In this document: positions 36,570-46,240 of the stretch, piece after piece
How the letters are laid out: each line of letters starts with the position of its first letter
Position numbering within the stretch: the first letter of the stretch is position 1
Assembly (NCBI GenBank): GCA_963787125.1
Contig: CAWBBV010000007.1
Coordinates: 64,001 to 128,000 of the forward strand
Source: an uncultured delta proteobacterium
GTDB taxonomy: Bacteria; Desulfobacterota; Desulfuromonadia; Geobacterales; DSM-12255
Direction of reading: 5' to 3'
DNA length: 64,000 bases
The notes under the pieces: generated by a model
What the model saw: only the letters and a program-made list of their open reading frames with translations
What the model was told of the DNA's origin: nothing
Database searches by the model: none
Program-made: the position numbers and the translations under genes

Positions 36570-37937
36570 CTACCTTTGACCTCTTTGATGCTCCCCGGCA
36601 GGCCGGCGGTATTCAACAACAACTTCTTTCTGCGCTCTTGGCGCTCCCCATTTCTGGCGACGATCACTTGTCGGCGCAGCTCCGGCACCGGCACTGGCAT
36701 CTTTTCTGAAACCTTTACCCGCAGCATTGGAGACGCCAGGTTTTTTACCTCGGCCTGCTCCAGGTTTGCCGCTGTTTACCGGCAGCCGTGGCAGTTCACG
36801 GGTCGGCTCAAGTCCGACTATGACCTGACGGGGCAGTTTCTGGCCGATGAAACGCTCGATTTTGTCGAGATAGCTGAGTTCATTCAACGAAACGAACGAT
36901 ATTGCCGTTCCTGTTGCCCCGGCACGCCCGGTTCTGCCGATACGGTGGACATAATCCTCGGCAAAGCGCGGCAGGTCGAAATTGATAACATGGCTGATGC
37001 CGTTGACATCAAGGCCTCTGGCCGCAACATCTGTGGCCACAAGCAGTTTGACGCGTCCGCGACGCAGATCGGAGATCGTTCTGTTGCGAGCGCCCTGGCT
37101 CATGTCGCCATGGAGCGCAGCGGCGGAGTGACCTTTGCTGTGAAGATCCATTGCCAGCGCATCGGCATCTTTTTTGGTGGCAGAAAAGATGATGGCGCTG
37201 GAGAGCTCTGTATCGGCAATCAGATGTTGTAGCAGTCTGTTTTTGTGCTGGAAATTATCGGCAACATGAAGCCTCTGTTCGATTTCATCAAGAGTTACCC
37301 GTTTGCCGGCGATTTCAACCCGCTGGGGGTTTTTCAGCATCCGGTTGGCAAGTTTTGTCGCTGCTGCATCCATGGTAGCAGTGAACATGAGGGTCTGACG
37401 GCCTTCCGGTGTCGCGGCGGCAATCTTGTCCATGTCTTCGCTGAAGCCCATGTCGAGCATTCTGTCGGCTTCGTCGAGAATAAGCATTTCTACGCGGCTG
37501 AAATCGATCCGGCGGTTTTCGAGGTGATCCACAAGGCGGCCCGGGGTAGCGACGATGAAATCAACCGGCTGGGAAAGGAGGCGCAGTTGCTCACGATAGG
37601 ACATGCCGCCAAGAATGGCGCCGCTTTTGATACGGCTGAAGCGGCCATAGTTCTTGACAGCATCGGTCACCTGGTTAGCCAGCTCTCTTGTCGGAGTCAG
37701 AACCAGAATCCGCGGGCCTTTGCCTCTTAGAGTTGAAGGGACGGAAAGTTTCTGGAGGGCCGGAAGGACAAAACTGGCGGTTTTGCCGGTGCCGGTCTGA
37801 GCGGAACCAATCAGGTCATGACCAGCAAGAGCAACAGGAATAGCCTGTTCCTGAATCGGGGTCGGGGTTGTGTAGCCGCAAGCTTCAATTGCTTTCAGTA
37901 TCTGCGGGGTGAGGTTGAGTTCTGCGAATGTCATCAT
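36570..37937 (-). CDS. DEAD-box RNA helicase (RhlE-like)
   Basis: Q motif, AQTGTGKT, PTRELA, TPGRL, DEAD, TAT, HRIGRTGRAG. Confidence 0.95.
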   Translation of the reverse strand: MMTFAELNLTPQILKAIEACGYTTPTPIQEQAIPVALAGHDLIGSAQTGTGKTASFVLPALQKLSVPSTLRGKGPRILVLTPTRELANQVTDAVKNYGRFSRIKSGAILGGMSYREQLRLLSQPVDFIVATPGRLVDHLENRRIDFSRVEMLILDEADRMLDMGFSEDMDKIAAATPEGRQTLMFTATMDAAATKLANRMLKNPQRVEIAGKRVTLDEIEQRLHVADNFQHKNRLLQHLIADTELSSAIIFSATKKDADALAMDLHSKGHSAAALHGDMSQGARNRTISDLRRGRVKLLVATDVAARGLDVNGISHVINFDLPRFAEDYVHRIGRTGRAGATGTAISFVSLNELSYLDKIERFIGQKLPRQVIVGLEPTRELPRLPVNSGKPGAGRGKKPGVSNAAGKGFRKDASAGAGAAPTSDRRQKWGAPRAQKEVVVEYRRPAGEHQRGQR

Positions 37938-38200
37938 AATTCCTTTTGTATAGCGGCAAGTCGGGCGAATAAAGGCCGTTTGTGGTGCACGGCACAAATA
38001 TCCAATAGAGTCCGCAGAACTTGGATGACGTCTCTTGCCTTAAGGTCGTCAGCGTCGGCTCTGTGGAGCAGGGCGGCTTTGGCATCGTCGCCAACCGGAC
38101 TTGTAGCTGCGTTGTCAGGAATTTCTGAACAGCAGGGGGGTCAGTGAGCGATGGGAAAGGGAGAGCGGTTAACGGCTCTCCGCCTGAATGAGAAACTGTA

Positions 38201-38950
38201 CTACTTGGTTGAAGCGTCCTCCATGATAACGGCATACTTGTAGCCGCCACCAAAGTCTACATTGTTATGAAATACGCCGGTAAATGTGACAACGTCACCG
38301 GTATTAGGTGAAGCCTGAGTGGTAATGACAAGCTTGTTGGCGCCGTTTTCGCCGGTGCCGTCCTTGATGTGGACCCAGGTACGATTCATGACTCCAGCCG
38401 TAACCTTGACGACCTGACCACGTACTGAGATGATCTTGTCCTGAAGCTCTGCCCGCTTGGCAAAAACTTCGGCAAGATCATAAGCGTTGGCGCCCTTTGC
38501 TTTTTCAACCTTGAGGCCTTCAACGATTGGCTTGCCCTCTTTTTTTGCGTTGCCAGGTGCGGGTGCACTCATGTCAGCACCTTTATGGGCGTTTACTTTT
38601 CGCCTTTCATTATACTTATCAGTCGGTCCGCTTGAGAAAACGATCTGTTTGAAAGTTTTATTGAGCGCTTTACTGGTCCATTCGCCCATCGGAGTGCCGG
38701 CATGGAGTTCAACTTCTTCACCAACCTCAACGTAAAGTACCGGAATGGCAACCCAATCCTTAAAGCCGTCAACATCAAGCAGCATGTATGTGTAGCCACC
38801 ACTATCCATTGTTTCCAGCACTTTACCGACTATCGGCTTGGCAGTCACCTCTTCAGCCGCCGCAGCTGGTTTCATGTCAGGCATTGCAAAGGCTGATGAA
38901 GTCAGGCTCAGAACTGTTATGAGAGTTGCTGCTGCAGTTTTGATTTTCAT
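38201..38950 (-). CDS. Exported OB-fold protein (NrfJ-like)
   Basis: Signal peptide; GKVLETMDSGGYTY; VRGQVVKV..GVMNRTWVHIKDGTG; DFGGGYKY. Confidence 0.7.
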   Translation of the reverse strand: MKIKTAAATLITVLSLTSSAFAMPDMKPAAAAEEVTAKPIVGKVLETMDSGGYTYMLLDVDGFKDWVAIPVLYVEVGEEVELHAGTPMGEWTSKALNKTFKQIVFSSGPTDKYNERRKVNAHKGADMSAPAPGNAKKEGKPIVEGLKVEKAKGANAYDLAEVFAKRAELQDKIISVRGQVVKVTAGVMNRTWVHIKDGTGENGANKLVITTQASPNTGDVVTFTGVFHNNVDFGGGYKYAVIMEDASTK

Positions 38951-39019
38951 GTTTGTCTCCTGCTTACAGAGCAACAAAAAAGACCCATAGCTGCCCAGGG
39001 TCTTATTTGTTATAAAGAT

Positions 39020-39097
39020 TGGCGTCCCCTGCCGGATTTGAACCGGCGTCGCCGCCGTGAAAGGGCGGTGTCCTGGGCCGGGCTAGACGAAGGGGAC
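39020..39097 (-). tRNA. tRNA-Glu (TTC)
   Basis: GTCCCCTTCGTCTAGCCCGGCCCAGGACACCGCCC-TTTCAC-GGCGGCGACGCCGGTTCAAATCCGGCAGGGGACGCCA; cloverleaf with encoded CCA. Confidence 0.97.
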
Positions 39098-39338
39098 ATT
39101 TGAGGTTTGAAAGATTTGAATTAAACCGCTGTCGCCTTGGCTCAAAGAATTCTTTTTATACAATAATTAGCATTGCAAGTCAACCACTTATTTGTTTTCA
39201 TCATGGCAAGCCATGCCAGCTGACCTTATTTAAATAGCAATCTGGTTAAACCAGACTAAAACTATCCTGTTGACTTTATCTGCTGTTTGCAATAAATTGT
39301 TCGATGTATACAAACCGTACCGGGGAGGGTAAATCAGA

Positions 39339-39791
39339 ATGAATTTCATAACACTTGAAGAGATAATCAGTTTTGCTGTGGAACGTGAGGATACCGCATA
39401 CCGTCTTTACAAGCGAGCTGCTGAGCTTAGTACCAGTATTGCTTCCAGGAAGATGTTTGAGGAGATGGCTGCCGAAGAAGCCGGCCACAAGGAAGTTTTC
39501 AGCCGTATAGACACTGAAAAGGCCGAAAATCACAGAAGTGTCAGGATTCCTGATATGCAGATTTCGCAATATCTCGTAGACGTACCATTTCGCAAAGATA
39601 TGACGTACCAGGAAATCCTCACTTTTGCCATGAAGGCCGAAGAGTCAGCGTACAAACTTTACGAAGCTGCGGCGGCGGCAACTGAGGACGCGAAACTGAA
39701 AAATGTGCTGAAAGTGTTTGCGGATGTTGAGCGAGGTCACAAGGCGCGGATAGAGCAGCTCTATGACGAGCATGTCCTGACTGAAGGCTAA
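39339..39791 (+). CDS. Rubrerythrin/ferritin-like di-iron protein
   Basis: Duplicated E...Y....EExxH motifs (EEAGH, VERGH). Confidence 0.88.
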   Translation: MNFITLEEIISFAVEREDTAYRLYKRAAELSTSIASRKMFEEMAAEEAGHKEVFSRIDTEKAENHRSVRIPDMQISQYLVDVPFRKDMTYQEILTFAMKAEESAYKLYEAAAAATEDAKLKNVLKVFADVERGHKARIEQLYDEHVLTEG

Positions 39792-39806
39792 GGAGATATA
39801 AACAGG

Positions 39807-40574
39807 ATGCCACGTTCACTTTACTTCGGATTTTTTTCAGTTAGCTTTTTTGTGATTTTATCATTTATAACGATGACAGCCGCAATTGCCGCACCAGTCG
39901 TGCTGATAGACCAGACCCATGATCAGCGCTTTGTAATTGAAAAGGACGGGCCGCTCCAACTGTCAAGTTTTGCTAAAATATTGACAGATGAAGGTTTCGC
40001 GGTAAAGAGCTCATCAGAACCTTTTACGGCTGAAGCTCTAAAAGGTGTGGACGCGGTTATAATTTCAGGGCCTTTCAGAACGCTGGAGCCAGGGGAAGTT
40101 AATCTCCTCCTCGGTTTTCTTGAGCGCGGCGGGCGGCTCTCTTGCATGTTGCATATAGGCTCGCCGTTTGCTGAACTGCTGCATCGACTTGAAGTGGATT
40201 TTACCAACTATGTTCTTTATGAGCAGGAGAATATCATCGATAATGACCCAAGAAATTTCCAGGTCAAGGCTCTGATGTCTGATGCCCTATTCGGCGGTCT
40301 GGATCACTTTTCTCTCTATGGCGGCTGGGCGTTGATGAACACAGCGCCATCCGCCAGAATTATTGCCTCAACATCACCAAAAGCATGGGTCGATCTGAAC
40401 GGCGACAAGAAACTTTCTAATGGCGATGTAGTTCAATCTTTTGGAGTAGTGGTTACCGGCGAGTTCGGTGCCGGCAGGTTTGTGGTGTTCGGGGACGACG
40501 CGATCTTTCAGAACAAGTTCCTTGACGAAAGTAATCGTAAGCTGGCGATGAATCTTGCCAAGTGGCTCAAATAA
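39807..40574 (+). CDS. Exported DUF4350/GATase-like domain protein
   Basis: Signal peptide, VLIDQTH, FLERGGRL, GAGRFVVFGDDAIFQN. Confidence 0.65.
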   Translation: MPRSLYFGFFSVSFFVILSFITMTAAIAAPVVLIDQTHDQRFVIEKDGPLQLSSFAKILTDEGFAVKSSSEPFTAEALKGVDAVIISGPFRTLEPGEVNLLLGFLERGGRLSCMLHIGSPFAELLHRLEVDFTNYVLYEQENIIDNDPRNFQVKALMSDALFGGLDHFSLYGGWALMNTAPSARIIASTSPKAWVDLNGDKKLSNGDVVQSFGVVVTGEFGAGRFVVFGDDAIFQNKFLDESNRKLAMNLAKWLK

Positions 40575-41443
40575 TGAAAACTTACGCTAATATCTCCCCT
40601 GCAACTCAACTTTGTGCTGTTATCGGCAATCCGGTGGCGCACTCTCTTTCGCCGGCTCTCCACAACGCGGCTTTTAATGCTCTTGGCCTTGATTTTGTGT
40701 ATGTTGCCTTCAGAGTTGAAGATCTGAAAAGTGCATTGGCAGGGATGCGGGCGCTCCAAAATTTCCGCGGCATGAGCGTTACGATCCCACACAAATTGGA
40801 AATAATCGACTATCTTGATGATGTCGCCGAGATTGACAGGTTTATCGGCTCTGTTAACACCGTTATCAATGAAGATGGCAGGCTTTGTGGCATTGGCACA
40901 GACGGTCCAGGGGCTCTCAAGGCGATAGTTGATGCTGGAGTGAACCTTGTCGGGAAAAACATTCTCATGCTCGGAGCTGGCGGTGCTGCAAGGGCGATAG
41001 CGTTTACCCTTGCCCGGTCTGCGGCGCTTGACCGGCTGGTTCTCCTGGACCTCAACGAATCGCTGCTCAAATCTCTAGCCGCTGATTTACGAAAAGGCGT
41101 TTCAGTACCGGTTGAGGCTGAATCCCTTGACCAGGGCTCTATTGCTAAAAGGGTATCAGCAGCGGACATCATCATCAACTGCACGCCGGTCGGCATGCAC
41201 CCGAAAGAGAACGCATCGCTCGTTCCGGTGGAACTCTTCAGGGAGGCTCAGACTGTATTTGATGTTGTTTATACCCCCCTCGAAACCAGACTCCTGCGGG
41301 ATGCGGCAGCAAAAGGGTGCAGAGTCATATCAGGAGTCGAGATGTTTATAAATCAGGCCGTGCTGCAGTTCGAGCGTTTTACCGGAGTCGACGCCCCAGT
41401 CGAGGTCATGCGCCAGGTTGTTATGGAGCGGCTCAAAGGATGA
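40574..41443 (+). CDS. aroE: Shikimate dehydrogenase
   Basis: GNPVAHSLSP, SVTIPHK, GSVNT, GAGGAARA, NCTPVGM. Confidence 0.95.
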   Translation: MKTYANISPATQLCAVIGNPVAHSLSPALHNAAFNALGLDFVYVAFRVEDLKSALAGMRALQNFRGMSVTIPHKLEIIDYLDDVAEIDRFIGSVNTVINEDGRLCGIGTDGPGALKAIVDAGVNLVGKNILMLGAGGAARAIAFTLARSAALDRLVLLDLNESLLKSLAADLRKGVSVPVEAESLDQGSIAKRVSAADIIINCTPVGMHPKENASLVPVELFREAQTVFDVVYTPLETRLLRDAAAKGCRVISGVEMFINQAVLQFERFTGVDAPVEVMRQVVMERLKG

Positions 41444-41955
41444 ACATTGTCCTTATCGGTTACCGTGGCACCGGCAAGAGCCATGTCGGTAGGATTTTGG
41501 CGGAAAAATTATCTTTTCCGTATGTCTCGGTTGACAAGGCCATTGTGTTACGTGCAGGGATGAGCATCCCTGAAATTGTCAAACAGTTTGGCTGGCCCGC
41601 ATTTCGGGACAGGGAATCTCTTGAAGTAAGAGAGATTTCAGTCTGGGATAGCATCGTTATTGATACCGGTGGCGGAGTCATAGAGCGTCCTGAAAATATC
41701 GACCATCTTCGGGAAAACGGCTGTATTATCTGGCTTAAGGCCTCTGTTGCGACAATCGTGGCACGGATAGAAGGTGGAGCTGACCGGCCGGCCTTGACAG
41801 AAGGAAAGAGCTTTGTTGAAGAGGTTACAGAGGTGCTGGAAAGGCGAGCACCTTTATATGCTGCCGCAGCGAAATACGAGATAGACACAGATATGCTTGA
41901 GCCTGAAGAGATCGCAGAGCAGATAGTCAGGCTCTGGCAGAAACGCTCTGGTTGA
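41440..41955 (+). CDS. aroK: Shikimate kinase
   Basis: IVLIGYRGTGKS, FRDRE, TGGG, RPAL, RAPLY. Confidence 0.94.
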   Translation: MNIVLIGYRGTGKSHVGRILAEKLSFPYVSVDKAIVLRAGMSIPEIVKQFGWPAFRDRESLEVREISVWDSIVIDTGGGVIERPENIDHLRENGCIIWLKASVATIVARIEGGADRPALTEGKSFVEEVTEVLERRAPLYAAAAKYEIDTDMLEPEEIAEQIVRLWQKRSG

Positions 41956-42044
41956 CGTTTGTGAAAAATGTTTTATTTTCAGCCTGAATCTGATAGTTAG
42001 TAGCAGTCGTTAATATAATCAGGTTGCCGTTCAGAGGATTGAAA

Positions 42045-42389
42045 ATGGATAAACAGCAGATGCTGGATCAGGCAAAGGATAAGCTCTCCCCTTTTGAGAC
42101 CGGCAATATTGCTGAGTTTATTCAGCATCTTACCTTGAAGTCGGCAATGGAGCATCCGTTTATAATAATAGTTTTTCTGCTTTTTGCCTTCTATGCCGTA
42201 GTTAGAAGGTCTAGAATTGTTCTGCTCTTTCTCTTCGCTGTCATATCAATAATGTTACTGGTGAGATATACGCTTGCACCGGAGATAGTTGGTGGTGGTA
42301 TGACGATTGAATCTATTCTCCCTTTTGTCGCCGGCGGTCTGGTCATAGGGGGCGCGCTTATTTACTTTAGTTTTATCAAGAGTGATTGA
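42045..42389 (+). CDS. Hypothetical membrane protein (3 TM)
   Basis: Three hydrophobic segments; plausible RBS. Confidence 0.7.
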   Translation: MDKQQMLDQAKDKLSPFETGNIAEFIQHLTLKSAMEHPFIIIVFLLFAFYAVVRRSRIVLLFLFAVISIMLLVRYTLAPEIVGGGMTIESILPFVAGGLVIGGALIYFSFIKSD

Positions 42390-42456
42390 ATTATTTAGTA
42401 ACTTCGTTAGTTAACGTATCTTAGTTTATCAGGTTAAAGCTGTTTGGAGGTTTTGG

Positions 42457-42738
42457 GTGAAGATAGGTAAACGTGACTGGATTTTTATAGCAATAGTTGC
42501 AGCTGTTCTACTTTTTTTCTACGCGATCTCCGGCAAGGAGAAAACTAAAAAACTGCCGAAGGATGCCACTCATCAGCAGTTTAACGACATGTTGAACTCA
42601 GGCAAGAAAAAGATCGACGTTGATCCGCTCTGCGAAGCTTGTCATGACGGGATCAAAATCAAATTCCCCGAGAAACATCCTGCAAAGCCGGGCGGCGCGC
42701 CGATGCGTTGTCTGTTCTGCCACAAGCAGCAGCATTAA
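42457..42738 (+). CDS. Small membrane-anchored diheme c-type cytochrome
   Basis: N-terminal TM; CEACH and CLFCH motifs plus distal His residues; GGAGG RBS. Confidence 0.82.
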   Translation: MKIGKRDWIFIAIVAAVLLFFYAISGKEKTKKLPKDATHQQFNDMLNSGKKKIDVDPLCEACHDGIKIKFPEKHPAKPGGAPMRCLFCHKQQH

Positions 42739-42774
42739 TCAAGCGAGGGCAGGTATTAGCCCGTCTCACTTACC

Positions 42775-43356
42775 ATGACAACCCTCAATCTGACTGCGGA
42801 ACTCGAACGCCTCATTGCCGATATAACAGCGCGACATGAGGCGTTTTCGCATATAGATCCCACCAGGTTGATGGTTTGTATAAACTCCTCACGCAGCAGT
42901 CGTTGCGGTCTCTTTGCAAAGATACACCCGCTGAGGTTCCCGGAAGGGAGAACTGTCCAGACTGTTAAAAGGGGGCGCGCAACTTACCGCTGCACCATGC
43001 CTGAAGTCTTTCATAAAGGAGTGGATCTGCTTTATGTAATTTACTTCTCCCTTCCGAGATTTTTCGACAGGCCTTTCAGGGATAAACTGATCACAGTTTT
43101 TCATGAGCTATACCATATTTCACCTGCATTTGACGGTGATATCCGCCGTTTTGAAGGGAAAAATTATGCTCATGGCAGTTCGACCAAAAAATATAACAAG
43201 CTGATGGAACGTTTTGTTGATGAATATCTGCAGAAGCATGACGGAACGGGACCGACTACTTTTCTGGAACAAGAACTGTCCATATTGAGAGAGATGCACA
43301 GGGCTATTGTCGGGAGGAAGATGGTTGTGCCGAAGATTAAAGTGGAGAGATTATGA
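42775..43356 (+). CDS. Putative Zn metallopeptidase
   Basis: TVFHELYHISP (HExxH) motif. Confidence 0.7.
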   Translation: MTTLNLTAELERLIADITARHEAFSHIDPTRLMVCINSSRSSRCGLFAKIHPLRFPEGRTVQTVKRGRATYRCTMPEVFHKGVDLLYVIYFSLPRFFDRPFRDKLITVFHELYHISPAFDGDIRRFEGKNYAHGSSTKKYNKLMERFVDEYLQKHDGTGPTTFLEQELSILREMHRAIVGRKMVVPKIKVERL

Positions 43357-43381
43357 CGGCTTGGCACTGACTGCCAAGCCG
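43357..43381. terminator. Hairpin between convergent genes
   Basis: CGGCTTGGCA / TGCCAAGCCG inverted repeat. Confidence 0.6.
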
Positions 43382-43394
43382 CCTGCTGTTTTAT

Positions 43395-44051
43395 TTACGC
43401 CATCTCAATAACGGTCTTTACGCACTTTTCAATGCCGTCAGCAGCCTCACTGATGCACCCTGCCAGCATGTATGCGGGGGTCGTGACAATCCGGTTTTTT
43501 TTGTCGACGACAAATTCGCGAACCTGACAATCGAGGTGAACGCTGCCGGTAGCATTAATGGCTGCAGCCGTTCCTGGATCATTGCCGATGGTGACTGCAG
43601 GCGCACACTCTTTGCCGAGGACGGCGGCAATAAGAGCTGGAGCTATACAGATGGCGCCGATCGGTTTTTTAGCCGCAATTATCTCCCTGATAAGTCGGGC
43701 TACTTCGGGATTTACTGAGGCGTCAGCGCCTTTACTGGCAAAATCACAAAGATTTTTTGCAGCGCCGAAGCCGCCGGGGAAGATAATGGCATCAAGGTCG
43801 GCAGCACTTATTTTGGCTATGTCAGTGATATTGCCTCTGGCGATGCGCGCTGATTCAACCAGGACATTTCTTTTTGCTCCTGTCGGTTGACCGGCAAGAT
43901 GGTCGATTTCAACAAGCTCCATATCCGGCGCCATGCAGACGGCTTCTGCACCGTTTCTGTCGATGGCGAGCAGAGTAAGCACTGCTTCGTGAATTTCGCT
44001 GCCGTCATAAACTCCGCAACCTGAGAGAACCACACCTATCTTCTTTTTCAT
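43395..44051 (-). CDS. elbB: ElbB/ES1 family glyoxalase (DJ-1/PfpI superfamily)
   Basis: LSGCGVYDGSEIHE, ESARIARG, PGGFGAAKNL, TTPAYM. Confidence 0.95.
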   Translation of the reverse strand: MKKKIGVVLSGCGVYDGSEIHEAVLTLLAIDRNGAEAVCMAPDMELVEIDHLAGQPTGAKRNVLVESARIARGNITDIAKISAADLDAIIFPGGFGAAKNLCDFASKGADASVNPEVARLIREIIAAKKPIGAICIAPALIAAVLGKECAPAVTIGNDPGTAAAINATGSVHLDCQVREFVVDKKNRIVTTPAYMLAGCISEAADGIEKCVKTVIEMA

Positions 44052-44072
44052 AGTTTTTACCTCCGGCAAAAT

Positions 44073-44657
44073 TTACTTCGAGTACAGGACTGCAACAGCT
44101 TTCGCTTTTGCGCTGCCAAGGGAGACGTAGCCGTGCGACTCGGACGAGTCGTAGTAGATGCTGTCGCCAGGTTGTAAAATCATTGTCTCCTGGCCGTAGT
44201 GGAATTCGAGTTCACCACTTAAAAGATAGATGAATTCTTCGCCGTCATGCTTATAGAGAAGCGAATCATCCCAGTTGCCGGACTCAAACTCTACCAGGAA
44301 CGGCTCCATGGATTTATGCCTCATGCCGGGGGCAAGTGAATGGTAAAGATAACTCTGGGGGGAGTCATTACCGGTGCGCCTGCGGCTCGATAATATATCA
44401 CTGCTGCGGAGCAGGACCAGTTTCTGTTTGTCCTCCGCCTCCTCAAAGAAAAAATGGATGCCGACTTTAAGGCCTTTGGCGATTTTAAGCAGTGTGGCGA
44501 TCGGCGGGATGACCTGATTGTTCTCAATCTGGGAGAGGAGAGGCTTTGAGAGCCGCGACAGGTCGGAAAGATCCTGCAGAGTAAGGCGCAATTCTTTCCT
44601 GAGTTTCCTGATCTTTTCTCCGATATTGAGTTCTCTAACATCACATTGATTGTTCAT
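44073..44657 (-). CDS. XRE HTH + cupin transcriptional regulator
   Basis: IGEKIRKLR...LSQIEN; HDGEEFIYLLSG...GDSIYYDS..SH. Confidence 0.92.
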   Translation of the reverse strand: MNNQCDVRELNIGEKIRKLRKELRLTLQDLSDLSRLSKPLLSQIENNQVIPPIATLLKIAKGLKVGIHFFFEEAEDKQKLVLLRSSDILSSRRRTGNDSPQSYLYHSLAPGMRHKSMEPFLVEFESGNWDDSLLYKHDGEEFIYLLSGELEFHYGQETMILQPGDSIYYDSSESHGYVSLGSAKAKAVAVLYSK

Positions 44658-44810
44658 GCCTTTTTCTCCTCGACGCTTTATATTCCAAAGCACGCCAAGG
44701 GTCAACACTGTTTTACATCCAGGCTCATGTCCGGTAAATGCCTTGACATGAGGCTAAGCAGTGACATAACATCACATATTTGATTTATGAAAAGAGTGCC
44801 TGGAGGGTTT

Positions 44811-45641
44811 TTGAGCTGGAAAGCGATAGGGCTATTTGACTCAGGTGTGGGCGGACTGACAGTTCTCCGGGAAATTGTCAAGGTTCTCCCGCAAGAAGAC
44901 ACTGTCTATCTTGGCGATACTGCCCGAGTGCCGTACGGGACAAAATCACCGGAGACGGTTGTCCGTTTTGCCCGGCAGATAACCTCCTTTTTGATAAGTC
45001 GTGATATCAAGCTGCTTGTGGTAGCCTGCAATACTGCTTCGGCAGTTTCGCTTGAGGAGTTGAAAGCCGAGTTTGCAATTCCGATTGTGGGTGTCATAGA
45101 GCCGGGCGCACTTCAGGCGGTCTCTGTCACCAGAAACGGCAAGGTGGGAGTAATCGGGACTGCCGGAACAATCAGAAGCAGTGCCTATACAAAAGCTATC
45201 AAGCGGATCAATCCTGATATCGAGGTGATTACTGCCGAGTGTCCTATGTTTGTCCCCCTTGCTGAAGAGGGGTGGATCGATAATGATGTTGCCAGGCTGA
45301 CCGCAAGTATGTATCTGAAAAATCTCAAGGATAGTGGTGTTGATACTCTGGTTCTCGGCTGTACACACTACCCACTCCTGAAAGGTATCATCAGCGAAGT
45401 AATGGGCGAAGGTGTCACGCTTGTCGATTCTGCCCAGGAGACTGCCAGGGTGGTGAAGGAGATCCTCGCTGCAAGGGGCGAAACAAGACCGGTGCAGGAG
45501 AAGGGGAATCACCATTTTTTTGTGACTGACGTTCCGGCCGGATTTATTCGTGTTGGCAATCGCTTTCTTGGTGGAGCCCTCGGAGATGTTTATCAGGTGA
45601 ACCTTGAAGATTATATTCCGACAGGGAGGGCCGAGGGGTGA
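44811..45641 (+). CDS. murI: Glutamate racemase
   Basis: FDSGVGGLTV, ACNTA, LGCTHYP. Confidence 0.97.
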   Translation: MSWKAIGLFDSGVGGLTVLREIVKVLPQEDTVYLGDTARVPYGTKSPETVVRFARQITSFLISRDIKLLVVACNTASAVSLEELKAEFAIPIVGVIEPGALQAVSVTRNGKVGVIGTAGTIRSSAYTKAIKRINPDIEVITAECPMFVPLAEEGWIDNDVARLTASMYLKNLKDSGVDTLVLGCTHYPLLKGIISEVMGEGVTLVDSAQETARVVKEILAARGETRPVQEKGNHHFFVTDVPAGFIRVGNRFLGGALGDVYQVNLEDYIPTGRAEG

Positions 45642-46240
45642 AAAGCCACAAGAGTCCAAGACGGGGTGTATGGATCATTGTCCTGGCGTTTCTGCTACTG
45701 GCGGTTTTCCTCGGAGCACTGCTTTTCAGGAAACATGATAGAGCAATAACACCGCCACCGCCACCAACTGAACTGCAAAAATCCGGGCTTGTAACGGTGA
45801 CACTTTTCTTTGCAGCACCGGCAGGCGAAGGTCTGGTAAGGGAAGGCCGCGAAATCGAGCCTTGTGAAGAACTTTCGGCCTGTTTCGAGGAGATTCTGGA
45901 AGAGCTCATTAATGGGCCGTTGAGCGATCTGGCCCCGGTGTTACCTGCAACAGGAATGTTCAACAGTGTCGCCCTTGATGGCAAAACTGCCCGTGTGGAC
46001 TTTGCCCATGAACTGCTTGATGGCCTGCCGCCGGCAAGCAACAGCGAGCTGTATGCAGTCTATGCAGTGGTCAACTCCATCTGCTTCAACTTCCCGCAGG
46101 TGCAGCAGGTCGTCTTCACGGTGGATGGAACACCGTTGACAACATTAAAAGGGCATCTGGATACAAGTAAGGCGATTTCTCCTGATTTTTCTCTTGAAAA
46201 AGGTGTTGAAAAATCTAAAGAAGTGAAAGGGAAAAAATGA
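45638..46240 (+). CDS. GerMN domain membrane protein
   Basis: TM, VTLFFA, EELINGP, E..AVYAVVNS, LKGHLD; adjacent to murI. Confidence 0.85.
   Translation: MKSHKSPRRGVWIIVLAFLLLAVFLGALLFRKHDRAITPPPPPTELQKSGLVTVTLFFAAPAGEGLVREGREIEPCEELSACFEEILEELINGPLSDLAPVLPATGMFNSVALDGKTARVDFAHELLDGLPPASNSELYAVYAVVNSICFNFPQVQQVVFTVDGTPLTTLKGHLDTSKAISPDFSLEKGVEKSKEVKGKK

Noticed and set aside
39020..39097. tRNA-Glu as an integration site
   Set aside because: No adjacent integrase and no duplicated tRNA 3' end noticed; the flanking genes look housekeeping.
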